Of a stretch of 64,000 bases of DNA, positions 1 through 16,551 are shown in pieces. The notes below the pieces were generated by a model. It saw nothing but the letters and a program-made list of their open reading frames with translations. It did no database searches and was not told where the DNA came from. Origin of the DNA: the human T2T-CHM13v2.0 reference genome, Homo sapiens; the NCBI RefSeq assembly GCF_009914755.1, contig NC_060929.1. The stretch is one strand, 5' to 3'. Every line of letters starts with the position of its first letter. Position 1 is the first letter of the stretch. The position numbers and the translations under genes are program-made.

Positions 1-290
1 TATCTATTGTCAGCAGAGGAGGGGGTCACAAGCTGCATGGTGGGGAGATCATGAGAATCATTTTCCAGAAGAAGAATGTCATGAGGTCGATCGATCAGTT
101 GGGACAGGGCAGGAACAAGTCATAATGGAATGTCGTAAGGTTGGTCAATCAGTTAAGACAGGAGCTGGCTGTTTCACTTCTTTTGTAGTTTTGGGTTGCC
201 CCAGACTTCTTGGCTCCTGCAGGCCACCTGGATGTATATGTGCAGGTTACCGGGATTACAATGGCTGAACTTTGGCTCAGAAGCCTGACA
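1..290 (-). mobile_element. LTR7-like (HERV-H/HERV-F group) LTR, 5' part, nested in the pro/pol region of the neighbouring provirus; runs off the window
   Basis: Minus strand starts at 290 with TGTCAGGCTTCTGAGCCAAAG...ACCTGCACATATACATCCAGGTGGCC...AAAAGAAGTGAAA, resembling the LTR7-family 5' end; retroviral protease sequence stops abruptly at 291. Confidence 0.7.
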
Positions 291-664
291 GTGAGTAAGT
301 TTAATGAGGTGAGGAATCCTCTTGGGCTGACTTGTAGACCTATGCCCAACTTTAGCATTAAATCCTTCCCCAGTAAATTAATTCCTGCTTCAGGGATTAA
401 CAAGAACTGAATATAAGTTGAGTGATCCTGGTATCTAACTTCTGTGCTTTATAATATTTTTGCTCTACATCCTTCCCCTTTAACCCCAGAGACTAAAAGT
501 TCCTCTGAGGAGGAGACAACATTAGATGGGAGGAAACAAATAGAGGAGCGAGCAGCCCCTGAATCAACTAAAAAGATGATAAGCTCATGTTTAGGTCCCA
601 CCTCCAAATTTATCAAGGGCTCCTGGTGGGACTCAAGATAAAAGAGACAGAGCCCCTGAGCCCC
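291..664 (-). pseudogene. Endogenous retrovirus protease (degenerate)
   Basis: Minus-strand EPLINLEVGPKHELIIFLVDSGAARSS (aspartyl-protease DSG motif) and LIPEAGINLLGKDL (GRD-like motif); follows the gag TAG at 665-667, as in gammaretroviral readthrough organisation. Confidence 0.85.
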
Positions 665-2369
665 CTATTCTTCCTTGAAAGTCATGAGTGGAAGGGCTTC
701 TTTCTCCTTTCTTAGTTCAGGACATCTCTTGAAGTGGCCTGTTCTTCCACATCTATAGCACCTATCTTGTGCTTCCTCCCCTTAATTCTGGGATTCTTTA
801 ACCTTGCTCCCCCATACTCTTTAGGGGGGCTGGTAGACAAGGACCTTTATCCTCCAGATGGAGGCTGGGATCCTTTAAAAGAGGTTCGGACCCTTTATAG
901 TTTCTGGCTCCCTGGAAGCTCTGTCTAGAAGTACCTGGGTTTGGAGCCATCTGTTGGAAGGTGAAAACCTAAGTTTTGTCTTTTCTTTCTGTTTTTCTTC
1001 ATCCTTTTTCATGTATACTTTCTGAGCTTCCCTGAGAAACTCATTTAGGGGGCAGTCTTCCCAATTGTCTATCTTTCGTAACTTTTTTGAAATGTCTGGC
1101 CAACTTTTAGTGACAAATTGGAGTTTTGACATTCCTTGCCCAAGGGGATCATCCAAACTGAGGCCTGCAGATTGCCTCATTTACTCCCTCAGTCTGTCTA
1201 GGCATCTCACAGGCACTTCATCCTTTTCCTGTTATATATCAAGTGCTTTAGAAAGATTTTGGGTTTGGGGTACTGATTCCCAAATTCCTTTTATTATCAT
1301 CTCCCTTAGGTCCTGCATATTTTCCTGGTGATCTGCATTGTTATTGTCCCACCAGGGGTCTCGGGCAGGGAATTTCTCGTCCGTGGTAGGAACATTTTCA
1401 CTGGGAGGGTCCTCACATTCCCAAACTACCATAGCAGCCCTAAGAATTATACTCCTTTCTTCCCCTGAAAAGAGGATGCCCAAGATGAACATTAACTCGA
1501 CCCAGGTATATAACTGAGGTCCTAAGAATTGGTCAATTTGGTCTGCCACTCCATAAGGGTTATCTAGTAGTGGTTTAAGCTCCTTTTAAAAATTCCAGAC
1601 TTCTGAACTGGTTAAGGGAGCATTTACAAAGCCAACGGCCCCCCCTCCTTGTGGTACCTCTTTCAAAGGGAAGAAGGTCGGGGCTGACCTCTTAGGTACA
1701 GAGGGAAATGGGAAATTCTGAATATCTTTTTTATATTGTTCTACCTCATGCTGGAGTCCTTTTAGAGAGGGGTATTTAGATTGGGAGGGAACAGGCTGGT
1801 GGGATGGTAATTACCAAGAGTCAGGGTTATAAGGAGGAGGGATAACATGAGTAGAGGGGGAATTTGGAACAGGATCTGAGGCAGCAGTGGCTGTCTGAGG
1901 GGAAAGATTGGGGACACTGAACAGGGGAAGGTAGTCTAGGGGATCCCATGTGCTGGAGTCTTTATGCATGAGAGCTGGCTCCTCTGACTTTTCATTTTGA
2001 GGTGCCAGATTGGGTTCTTCCTTATTTGTTTTTAAGGGAGAAAGGAGGGCAGGTCCTTGCCTCCAACAAAGGGCATAGCCTAGTTCTTCTTGAGATACTG
2101 GACTTTTATCATTAACATATCAGATTAGAAGCTGACACATTACATCCTCATTCGACCCAAACTTTGGCAAGAAGATTGAGGGTTTGAGGATGGGCCCCTG
2201 AGTCCAAATAAAACAGTAATATTTTATCATTTGTTGCTTTTTCCTATGTTTAGACCTTTCATTATCTTTCCAGTGTTTTCGCATGAGACCTAGGGGGCTA
2301 TCCGGGGGAATATCTTTGTTACCATCTTTGTCCCCCTTGCTCCCTGTCTTGCTTGAGGGTATATCCCAT
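665..2369 (-). pseudogene. Endogenous retrovirus gag (frameshifted), HERV-IP10/HERV-I group
   Basis: ORF fragments 2120-2395 (IPPDSPLGLM..W..matrix), 1232-1549 and 875-1180 (capsid, FVTKSWPDISKKL); CCHC-like knuckle CYRCGRTGHFKRCP near 720-765. Confidence 0.85.
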
Positions 2370-2394
2370 CTTGATGGTTTTGGGGTAACGTTCA

Positions 2395-2600
2395 AGGTTC
2401 AATTTGCCTTACTGGAATTTTCTCACCTTTTGGGGTGAGGCTTAATTTCTCCAGCTGTAAATTTCTTGCCTTTTGGGGTGAAGCTCAATTTCCCCCACTG
2501 GAAATTTCTTGCCTTTTTGGGGTGAGGCTCAATTTCCCCCACTGTAAATCTCTTGCCTATTCTACTACTGGAGGTTTGTGTGAGGTTCAATCCCCCCCAG
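2395..2600. repeat. Degenerate ~44-bp tandem repeat in the proviral leader
   Basis: About four recurrences of ggaaatttcttgccttttggggtgaggctcaatttccccca. Confidence 0.7.
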
Positions 2601-2938
2601 TAGGGATGTCTCACCTCTTTTTAACCTCTAAGCCACCCTGACCAAGGAGTACTTCACCATCCCTGCTGCGGTTTTCTTGGTCCCAACCACCAAGGAAATA
2701 CTTTACCGGCTCCCACGACTTCTCCTTCCTTGGTCTGTGCACAGAGTCATTGCTGCAGTATGTGAGGATCCTTTAAACTAGGTTGCTGGCCAGTTCATTT
2801 TTTTTCACGTTGCTGAGAGCTTGGGTTATTCCTTGCACTGGGTAGGTTCTGATTTCTCACCCCTGAGGCTGCCACAAGGGGCAGGGTGCACACCTCCTCA
2901 TGAAAGAGAACCAGAGACCATCCCCAGAGGGGAATGTA

Positions 2939-2956
2939 ATCCCAGATGAGCCCCCA
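2939..2956 (-). promoter_or_regulatory. Primer binding site, tRNA-Pro type
   Basis: Minus strand TGGGGGCTCATCTGGGAT, 3 nt inside the LTR; differs from the tRNA-Pro PBS TGGGGGCTCGTCCGGGAT at two CpG positions. Confidence 0.85.
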
Positions 2957-2959
2957 AAT

Positions 2960-3478
2960 TGTTATAAATAAAGGTTCAGTGCCGCAAAAGAAATAATACT
3001 CAAATATAAAATTTTCTTTTTAATTCTCAGCAAGGCAAAGTACTTCTACAGAAAGGTGTGCCCTTACAGATGGAGCAATGGTGAGTGCATACTCAACAAG
3101 GGAGGGAAAGGGGTTCTTATTCCTGACGCATGTGGTCCCTACTCCTGTGTGGTTCCCCTATTGGCTAGGGTTAGACCACACAGGCTAAACTAATTCTGAT
3201 TGACTAAGTTAAAGAGAGTGATGGGGTGAGTGGTTTGGGGGGAAAAATGATGATGAAATGAGACAGGATGGAGAATGAATCAGAATGAGTCAGGGTGGAG
3301 AATGAGTCAGGGTGGAGTAGGTAATCAGAATGAGTCAAGGTGGAGAATGAGTCAGGTTGCTGTAGGTAAGCAGAAAAGGTTGCTTTACGAGGAAGTTACG
3401 TTTAAAAGTAGAAGGCAAAGAATTGAACATACAGACATATTAATTCTTTGAAGAGAAATTTAGAATTCATATTTAACA
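2960..3478 (-). mobile_element. 5' LTR of the provirus, LTR10 family (LTR10F-like)
   Basis: Minus strand TGTTAAATATGAATTCTAAATTTCTCTTCAAAGAATTAATATGTC...TAACA with TG...CA termini, adjacent PBS, and an internal TGAGTCA repeat array. Confidence 0.85.
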
Positions 3479-3821
3479 ATCTCAGTTGAATTAAAAAAAG
3501 CAGTCTCTGGATTCTATGAAATATTAATATATAATAGTAGATTATAACAGGCTACACAAATGTCAGCTATGGCCCATGCAATTTAGGGCAAAGTATACAT
3601 ATATTTACTATACAAGGGACTGCTAGTTTTTTGAGCCATGATTTCACACAAGCACAGTAAAGCCAATGTCATACCTGAATCTGCATTTTAAGACATGTTA
3701 AAAGATATTTTTTATGTATTGTTTCTAAATTTAATGCCAAATATATTATTGGTTAAGCGTTATAGATGCTATACCTCTATGGAGGTGCTTGTGTGTGACC
3801 TCTGCTGTCCAATAAGGTTAA

Positions 3822-4086
3822 GAACTAGCTACACGTAGCTATTGAGCACTGGAAAGGTGGCTAGCCCAAAGTGAGATGTGTTGTCAATGTAAAATATACA
3901 CCAGATTTTAAAGACTTGATAAAAAAAATTATGTCATTAATAATTTTTATATTGATTACATTATAATGATAATATTTTAGCTATACTGGGTTAAATATTT
4001 TGTTAAAATTAAATTTATCTGTTTCTTAAGAGGTTTTAAATGTGGCTATTAGAAAATGTGAAATTATACATGTAGCTCACATTTAT
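3822..4086. mobile_element. MER3-like hAT DNA transposon remnant
   Basis: ctagctacacgtagctattgagcactggaaaggtggctag...aaatgtggctattagaaaatgtgaaattatacatgtagctcac. Confidence 0.6.
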
Positions 4087-4477
4087 GGCTCCTTTCTGTG
4101 CTAGAAAATAGGATTGCATAATTGGAAGATATAGACTGTCCTCAAAGAGTGCATAGTCTAAAGAGTGGAAGAGAGGGAAGGAGAGGAAAAAAATAACAGC
4201 AAGGGGCTGGGTTTCATACTACAACTCAAAAGCAAAAAGTAAAAAGGCACCAATCTTTATTTTTTTGTAAGGAGTCTACACTTCACAGCCTCTATCTCAC
4301 TAAATAATGGGAAGAAGGGGGTGGTGTGGGAAGATCCTCAAATTTGCTAATTAAAGGTATTTCCATCTTTCTGGTTTAGACAGCCTTATTTTGCCTAAAT
4401 ATTCAGTCAATTCAAAATTTAACTCCCTGTCAGGGCTGTTTCTCCTCCAGCCTTCTATGTGGCAGGATGACATCTGG

Positions 4478-4774
<297 letters not shown>

Positions 4775-5504
4775 TGACATCTGGGTTTTATGGAACTTAC
4801 TGGGTTGATGTTATATCAGAAGAGGGGGCTCGGCCCTACATGTGGGTTTTTGTACTGGCCCTCTGTGGACCAGGCCCCTGTTTTGGCTTTCTCTGTGCTG
4901 CACAATCCTAAGGCTCACCAGAGCTTTCATTTGATGCCCTCATCTGCCCTATAACAGCCCTCAGCTACTGGCTTACTGAGCCCCCTTTGCAGCAAAATTC
5001 CTAAATCCTGCCAACCAGAATTTCATCTGTCTCCTTTCCTCTGTCTGACATGAAGAGCTTACGTAGTCCTTCCATGCCACTCAGGGGCTGAGGGAGGCTC
5101 AGGGCCCTGTGGATTCCTGACTGCACAAGGACACTAGTTCTACTCCACTGCTATGCTCCAAGACAGGCTTGTAGTTCCCAAGAAGATATTCTCCTCTCTC
5201 CAGGTCCCTGGAAAGTTTTTAATGAGAAATGGATTGAAAACTCCATTGATTTAGCATTCTTACTGACAACCCAGTATTGTTTCCAACCTGCTATCTTCTT
5301 GGGTTTTACCTCTTTTCCTTCTTCTTTCCCATTTCACCCCTAAAAGCTTTACTACCATGGAAGGATGCATAAAAAGTATTTTTAAAATAGCACAATTAGC
5401 AATTACAATATAGTTCAGGTGCTATACAAAGAAACATGCCCAAAGGATAATGGAATTCAAAGATGTATCTAATTCAGCCTAGGGGTAAAGAAAAGCTTCC
5501 CTGA

Positions 5505-5960
5505 GCAGATTCATAAATCTTTATTGAACACTACAGTGTACCAGGCACTGTTCTAGGTTCAGAGATTATATGTGGTGAAAAAGAAAGATACAATTTCTGA
5601 TCCAGTGTAGCTTAGTGGTGGAAGGCAGAACATTATGTAAGAAAAATAATAAATGAGCTCTTCAGGTAGTGATGATCCTATGAATAAAATAATGCAACTA
5701 ATGAGATAGCAGATGACTGTGGGGTAAATATGTGCATGAGGTGGTTAGGAAAGATCTCTCTGAAATAGTGACACTTAAGCTGAGACTTGAAGGATGAGAA
5801 GCAGCCAGTCTATGAAGCTCTGTGGGCAGAATGATGCAAGAGAAGGGAACAGCATGGGTAAAGTCCCTGAGACAGGAACAGGCTTGGCCTATTTGAAGAA
5901 CAGGAAATAAAGATCCATGTGTCTGAGCTGAATTTTGAATGACTAACAGGAGTTATCTGG
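5505..5960 (-). mobile_element. L2 remnant
   Basis: attcataaatctttattgaacactacagtgtaccaggcactgttctagg...gtgacacttaagctgagacttgaagg, typical of the L2 3' end. Confidence 0.65.
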
Positions 5961-6072
5961 GTTGTGGACCAAGGGACAGGAAGAAGAGGACAGGGACGGG
6001 AAGTCATTTTAGAGAAGGGGATCCATAAACTGCACAAAGTGGGAACTGAAACTTTATTCAAGAATAATAAAG

Positions 6073-6210
6073 TGGCCAGGCACAATGGCTCATGCTTGTA
6101 ATCCCAGCAGTTTGGGAGGCTGAGGTGGGAGGATCATTTTCACTGGAGGCCAGGAGTTTGAGGCCAGCCTGGCATGTGAGACCCCATTTCTTGGGAAAAA
6201 AAAAAAGAGT
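6073..6210 (+). mobile_element. FLAM / Alu monomer
   Basis: Single Alu arm followed by an A-tail. Confidence 0.75.
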
Positions 6211-6374
6211 AATAAAGTTGAAGCTGTTGTAACAGTGCAATCTCCCTTGTCCTAGAGTAGGTTGCAATGTTTTTTTCTGTACCATTGGGAAGTAAAGGAA
6301 TGAGTTCAATGGAGTGTTCTTCCCTCACTAGGATCCTAAGTTTCTTAGTTACCTGCTAACTTGTAAATATTTGA

Positions 6375-6575
6375 ATAATAGCTACCATTTTATTGAGCAC
6401 CTACTATTTTCTAGGTGTCTTAGGAATATTATCCTACCCACCATCCTCCAAGTAGATATCATTCCCAATTTACAGTTGAAGAACCAAGCCTCAAAGAGCT
6501 TAAGTAATTTGCCCACAGTAAATGGCAAAGCTGGGTTTTAAACCCAGGTCTGTGCCAAAATTCATGCTCTTTCCA
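6375..6575 (-). mobile_element. MIR
   Basis: aataatagctaccattttattgagcacctac...aagtaatttgcccaca...aaacccaggtctg. Confidence 0.7.
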
Positions 6576-6876
6576 CTATTCTATGTACCATAAAAAACAC
6601 AATTATGTCCAGAGATTAGAAAGGAAAGATGGGTAGCTTCACCTGAGAGGCCTCAGAGGACAGAACTCATTTCCTTGAGGAAGTGAATATGCTCAATGAT
6701 TTAGTGCTTGGCTTTGTGGGCTCAGAAACAAACTCATATCAACCAAGCTTATGATGCTTATTATGATTGGATCAGAAATCAAATATGATTTCCTGGAAAA
6801 GTATAGACAAATAAAATATGTAATCAAGAATGTAGAATGTCGATTTACAAGCAGGTTTTAAAAAGCACTTTTTAGG

Positions 6877-7208
<332 letters not shown>

Positions 7209-8630
7209 CTAAGATTAATAATGTGTTCCTGTATGTGGAAAAAAGTGCAGGAGTTCTAACTCTGGTGGCTTCTAGCCTAGCAAACTAAATGCTACTATGC
7301 AAAAGTCTTTTTATAATATTAATTTTTTTTATATTCTAACCTAACCTCGCTTTCAAAATGAGTCACAAATTGTAGCAAATATTAAGATAAATAATAACTA
7401 AGGGGCAACATGCCAAGAACTATCAACATTGTTACCAAAGCTGAATACTAAAGAAAAAGTGGGGGGTAGGAAATGGAAAGTTTGGTTGCCATTTTGAATA
7501 TTGGCTTGAGCCACAGTTTCTGAGCTGAGAAAAGGATTCTAAATCCCCGCACCCACATATTGAATACTTCTAGTTTTAAAAGGTAAAATGAATCATTTGT
7601 TGAGGGGTGGAGCCAAGATGGCCGAATAGGAACAGCTCCAGTCTACAGCTCCCAGTGTCAGCGACGCAGAAGACGAATGATTTCTGCATTTCCAACTGAG
7701 GTACTGGTTGCATCTCACTGGGGATTATTGGACAGTGGGTACAGGATAGTGGGTGCAGTGCACTGAGCCTGAGCCAAAGCAGGGCGAGGCACTGCCGCAC
7801 CCGGGAAGTGCAAGGGGTCAGGGAATTCCTTTTTCTAGCCAAGGAAAGGGGTGATGGATGACACCTGGTAAATTGGGTCACTCCCACCCTAATACTGTGC
7901 TTTTCTGATGGCCTTAGCAAATGGCACACCAGGAGATTATATCCTGTGCCTGGCTCAGAGGGGCCTATGCCCCCGGAGACTCGCTCATTGCTAGCACAGC
8001 AGTCTGAGATCAGACTGCAAGGCAGCAGTGAGGCTGGCGGGGGGGAGCCCGCCATTGCCGAAGGTTGAGTAGGTAAACAAAGCAACCAGGAAGCTCAAAC
8101 TGGGTGGAGCACACTGCAGCTCAAGGAGGCCTGCCTGCCTCTGTAGACTCCACCTCTGGGGGCAGGGCATAGCTAAACAAAAGGCAGCAGAAACCTCTGC
8201 AGACTTAAATGTCTCTGTCCGACAGCTTTGAAGAGAGTAGTGGTTCTCCCAGCACGCAGCTTGAGATCTGAGAATGGACAGACTGCCTCCTCAAGTGGGT
8301 CCCTGACCCCCAAGTAGCCTAACTGGGAGGCACCCCCTAGTAGGGGCAGCCTGACACTTCACATGGCCGGTTACTCCTCTGAGACAAAACTTACAGAGGA
8401 ACAATCAGGCAGCAACATTTGCTGTTCACCAATACCCGCTGTTCTGCAGCCTCCGCTGCTGATACCCAGGCAAACAGGGTCTGGAGTGGACCTCTGGCAA
8501 ACTCCAACAGACCTGCAGCTAAGGGTCCTGACTGTTAGAAGAAAAACTAACAAACAGAAAGGACATCCACACCAAAACCCCATCTGTACGTCACCATCAT
8601 CAAAGACCAAAGGTAGACAAAACCACGAAA

Positions 8631-9649
8631 ATGGGGAGAAAACAGAGCAGAAAAACTGACAAATCTAAAAATCAGAGTGCCTCTCCTCCAAAGGAACGCA
8701 GCTCCTCACCAGCAATGGAACAGAGCTGGATGGAGAATGACTTTGACGAGTTGAGAGAAGAAGGCTTCAGACGATCAAACTACTCCGAGCTAAAGGAGGA
8801 AGTTCGAACCCATGGCAAAGAAGTTAAAAACCTTGAAAAAAGATTAGATGAATGGCTAACTAGAATAACCAATGCAGAGAAATCCGTAAAGGACCTAACA
8901 GAGCTGAAAACCACAGCACAAGAACTATGTGACGAATGCATAAGCCTCAGTAGCAGATCCGATCAACTGGAAGGAAGGGTATCAGTGATGGAAGATGAAA
9001 TGAATGAAATGAAGTGAGAAGAGAAGTTTAGAGAAAAAAGAATAAAAAGAAATGAACAAAGCCTCCAAGAAATATGGGACTATGTGAAAAGACCAAATCT
9101 ACGTCTGATTGGTGTACCTGAAAGTGATGGGGAGAATGGAACCAAGTTTGAAAACACTCTGCAGGATATTATCCAGGAGAACTTCCCCAATCTAGCAAGG
9201 CAGGCCAACGTTGAAATTCAGGAAATACGGAGAACACCACAAAGATACTCCTTGAGAAGAGCAACTCCAAGACACATAATTGTCAGATTCACCAAAGTTG
9301 AAATGAAAGAAAAAATGTTAAAGGCAGCCAGAGAGAAAGGTCGGGTTACCCACAAAGGGAAGCCCATCAGACTAAAAGCAGATGTCTCAGCAGAAACTCC
9401 ACAAGCCAGAAGAGAGTGGGGGCCAATATTCAACATTCCTAAAGAAAAGAAAAGAATTTTCAATGCAGAATTTCATATCCAGCCAAACTAAGCTTCATAA
9501 GTGAAGGAGAAATAAAATCCTTTACAGACAAGCAAATGCTGAGAGATTTTGTCACCACCAGGCCTGCCCTAAAAGAGCTCCTGAAGGAAGTACTAAACAT
9601 GGAAAGGAACAAATGGTACCAGCCACTGCAAAAACATGCCAAATTGTAA
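8631..9649 (+). pseudogene. L1 ORF1 (nonsense at 9015-9017, frameshift near 9450)
   Basis: MGRKQSRKTDKSKNQSASPPKERSSSP...; KRPNLRLIGVPESDGENG...REWG motif; normal end aaattgtaa. Confidence 0.95.
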
Positions 9650-9712
9650 AGACCATCGAGGCTAGAAAGAAACTGCATCAACTAACGAGCAAAATAACCA
9701 GCTAACATCATA

Positions 9713-13604
<3,892 letters not shown>

Positions 13605-14049
13605 ACAATGAGAACACATGGACACAAGAAGAGGAACATCACACACCGGGGCCTGTTGTGGGGTCAGGGGAGGGGGGAGGGATAGCATTAGGAGGTATAC
13701 CTAATGTTAAATGACCAGTTAATGGATGCATCACACCAACATGGCACATGTATATATATGTAACAAACCTGCATGTTGTGCACATGTACCCTAAAACTTA
13801 AAGTATAATAAAAAATAATAAAAGGTAAAATGTATGATATAGTAAATATGAAAACTTTAATATTTCTTGATTTAGATATTTCTTTCTTGGTTCTTCTAGT
13901 TTAAATGAAGAAAAACATTTATTGTTGTATTAACCTTTTTGTTTTGTGGACTTTAATTCTTTAAAAGTAGAACTTTGTGTTTCATCTCTCTGCTGAATAT
14001 GAAGGTGCTACAGGATACAAAATCGTGGGTTTAGGCATGACCTGTTTTG

Positions 14050-14329
14050 TTTGTTTTTTTCAGATGGAGTCTCACTTTGTCAGTCAGACTGGAGTGCAGT
14101 AGCACGATCTCAGCTCACGGCAACCTCTGCCTCTCGGGTTCAAGAGATTCTCTCAAGTAGCTGGTATTACAGGTGCCCGCCATCACACCTGGCTAATTTT
14201 TGTATTTTTAGTAGAGATGGGGTTTCCCCATGTTGGCCAGGCTGGTCTCAAACTCCTGATCTCAAGTGATCTGCCCCCCTTGGCCTCCCAAAGTGCTGGG
14301 ATTACAGGCTGAGCCACCGCACCGGGCCG
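14050..14329 (-). mobile_element. AluS
   Basis: Reverse Alu; TSD ggcatgacctgtttt. Confidence 0.9.
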
Positions 14330-15033
14330 GCATGACCTGTTTTAATCCGTGCAAACATGTGGCTACTTGCACTAAAGCAACAAATAGTTGTAGTGCATAT
14401 TTGCCCTTTTTTCTCTTGACTTCTTAGTATGTGGATCTCTTTTCTATATTTAGAGAATTCCCTATGAACATTTCTTGCTGTCTTCCTTCCACAATAAGAA
14501 GATGGGAGCAACAGATAATCACTTTCCCAGATCACCTAACAGTTGGAAAGAAAGCACATGACCTGGGTTCAGCCAGTCAGATGCATCTAAGTGGGACTTT
14601 GAATCTGAAGCTAGTGTTGGAAAGAAGCAAGCCAAGTGGACAGTTCTTTCTGACAATGGCTGCCATAGCTGCCCTGTCTGTTATCTAGGGGCAAAGGGCA
14701 AGAGAGTATTCAGGACCAGTGGTACAAGCCACAGCACCAGCATCCTGCAGAGGGAATAGGTCTTTCCTGACTGGCATGATTATGGCTGCTGTGCTGAATG
14801 ACTAGCAACCCTTCCTTTCTGCCCATTTTCTAGACCTGGTTGTTCAGCCTTCTTAGAAATTCTGAGATGCCCAGTATCATTTTAATAAATCCTTTTTCTG
14901 CTTAAACCAGTCGGAATTGGTGTCTGATACAATGGCTGTCTAACTATGTCTAACTATGTCTATGGTTGCACCTTTTGAAATTTCCGTACCTAATTTATGT
15001 TAAAAAAAACCATACAAATGAATGAACAAAAAT

Positions 15034-15562
15034 CCTTTTGTCATCTGCTGCCAAGGTGCTGAGTTCTTCCGAGGAAGCTAAAGCTGACTTGGAGTGAGGC
15101 CGTCACTTGATCTGACAATGAGCACCACTCCCAGCAGCATCAGCCCCGTACTCACCTGCACCATGGACTCTGTCTCTGAGCTCACCTGCATCTACTCAGG
15201 CCCCATTCTGCATGTTGAGGGTCTTATCTTATCATGGAAGATAAGATAAATGCCACCATTAAAGTAGCTGGTGGAAATGTTGAACCTTTCTGGCCTGGCT
15301 TGTTTGCAGAGGCCCTGGACAATGTCAACATCAGGAGCCTCATATGCGCTGGAGAGGCCAGTGGACCTGCTCCAGCACCTGGTGCTGCACCAGTGGGAGG
15401 TCCTGCTCCCTCCACCACTGCAGCCCAAGCTGAAGAGAGGGAAGTGGAATCAAAGAAAGAAGAATCCGAGGAGTCTGATGATGCATGGGCTTTGGTCTTT
15501 TTTGACAAAATCTCTTTTGTAACATGTTCAATAAAAAACCAAACTCTTAAAAAAAAAAAAAA
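15034..15562 (+). pseudogene. Processed pseudogene of ribosomal protein RPLP1
   Basis: RPLP1-like 5' UTR (gccaaggtgctgagttcttccgaggaagctaa), ATG at 15163 (MDSVSELTCIYS), EDKINATIKVAGGNVEPFWPGLFAEAL...KKEESEESDD; no introns, frameshifts, AATAAA 15530-15535 and A-tail. Confidence 0.95.
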
Positions 15563-16209
15563 CACAACCTGTAATGTTATTTCGTGACCCATATAGGCAC
15601 TAGGAGACTATGAACACGGGATTTTAACTGATACGTGTTATAATCCAACTATGCCTATGTCTTTTTTTATACATCCTTGTGAAATCCAGAAAAGTAATAT
15701 GAAAATGGCATGGACCTTGTTGAAGGGAGTGGCACATAGAGAGCATCACTGTAAAATACTCCTGGCATCTCCATACCCACTTACTCTCTCCTTCTCCTAG
15801 AGGAAAGACTGATTTACCTAATTTAAGGGTTGGAAGAAGAAACCAGGAAGCTGTGGCCCCAGCCCATTCCCTTCCATCTTGGGAGCCACCACCAGACTGC
15901 ATGAGCTGTGTTGACCTTACCATGTAGTAAGCTTGGAGTACCAGCCCTGCCCTTCTGAGCTTGTCCTGGTGCACCCTTGCCTGTGCCTGAGAGGGTGAGT
16001 CTGCAGTTCAGAGGTTCAGCATTAGGAAGCTCACTATACTGTACACACCTAGATCATGTCCTTTACCTTGACTCTTAGCAGGAATATAGGCAATACTTTA
16101 GTCTTACTCAGCAATCGTTTAAGAACTTGACAGGAGAAGAGGACAGTTTTTAAATGTAGCACTGGCAGACTCAAACAGATTTATACAAATTATTCCATTT
16201 GTACTTTCA

Positions 16210-16551
<342 letters not shown>

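Noticed and set aside
2395-3356. Repeat arrays as CRISPR-like structures
   Set aside because: Eukaryotic ERV leader and LTR tandem repeats, with no unique spacers and no cas genes.
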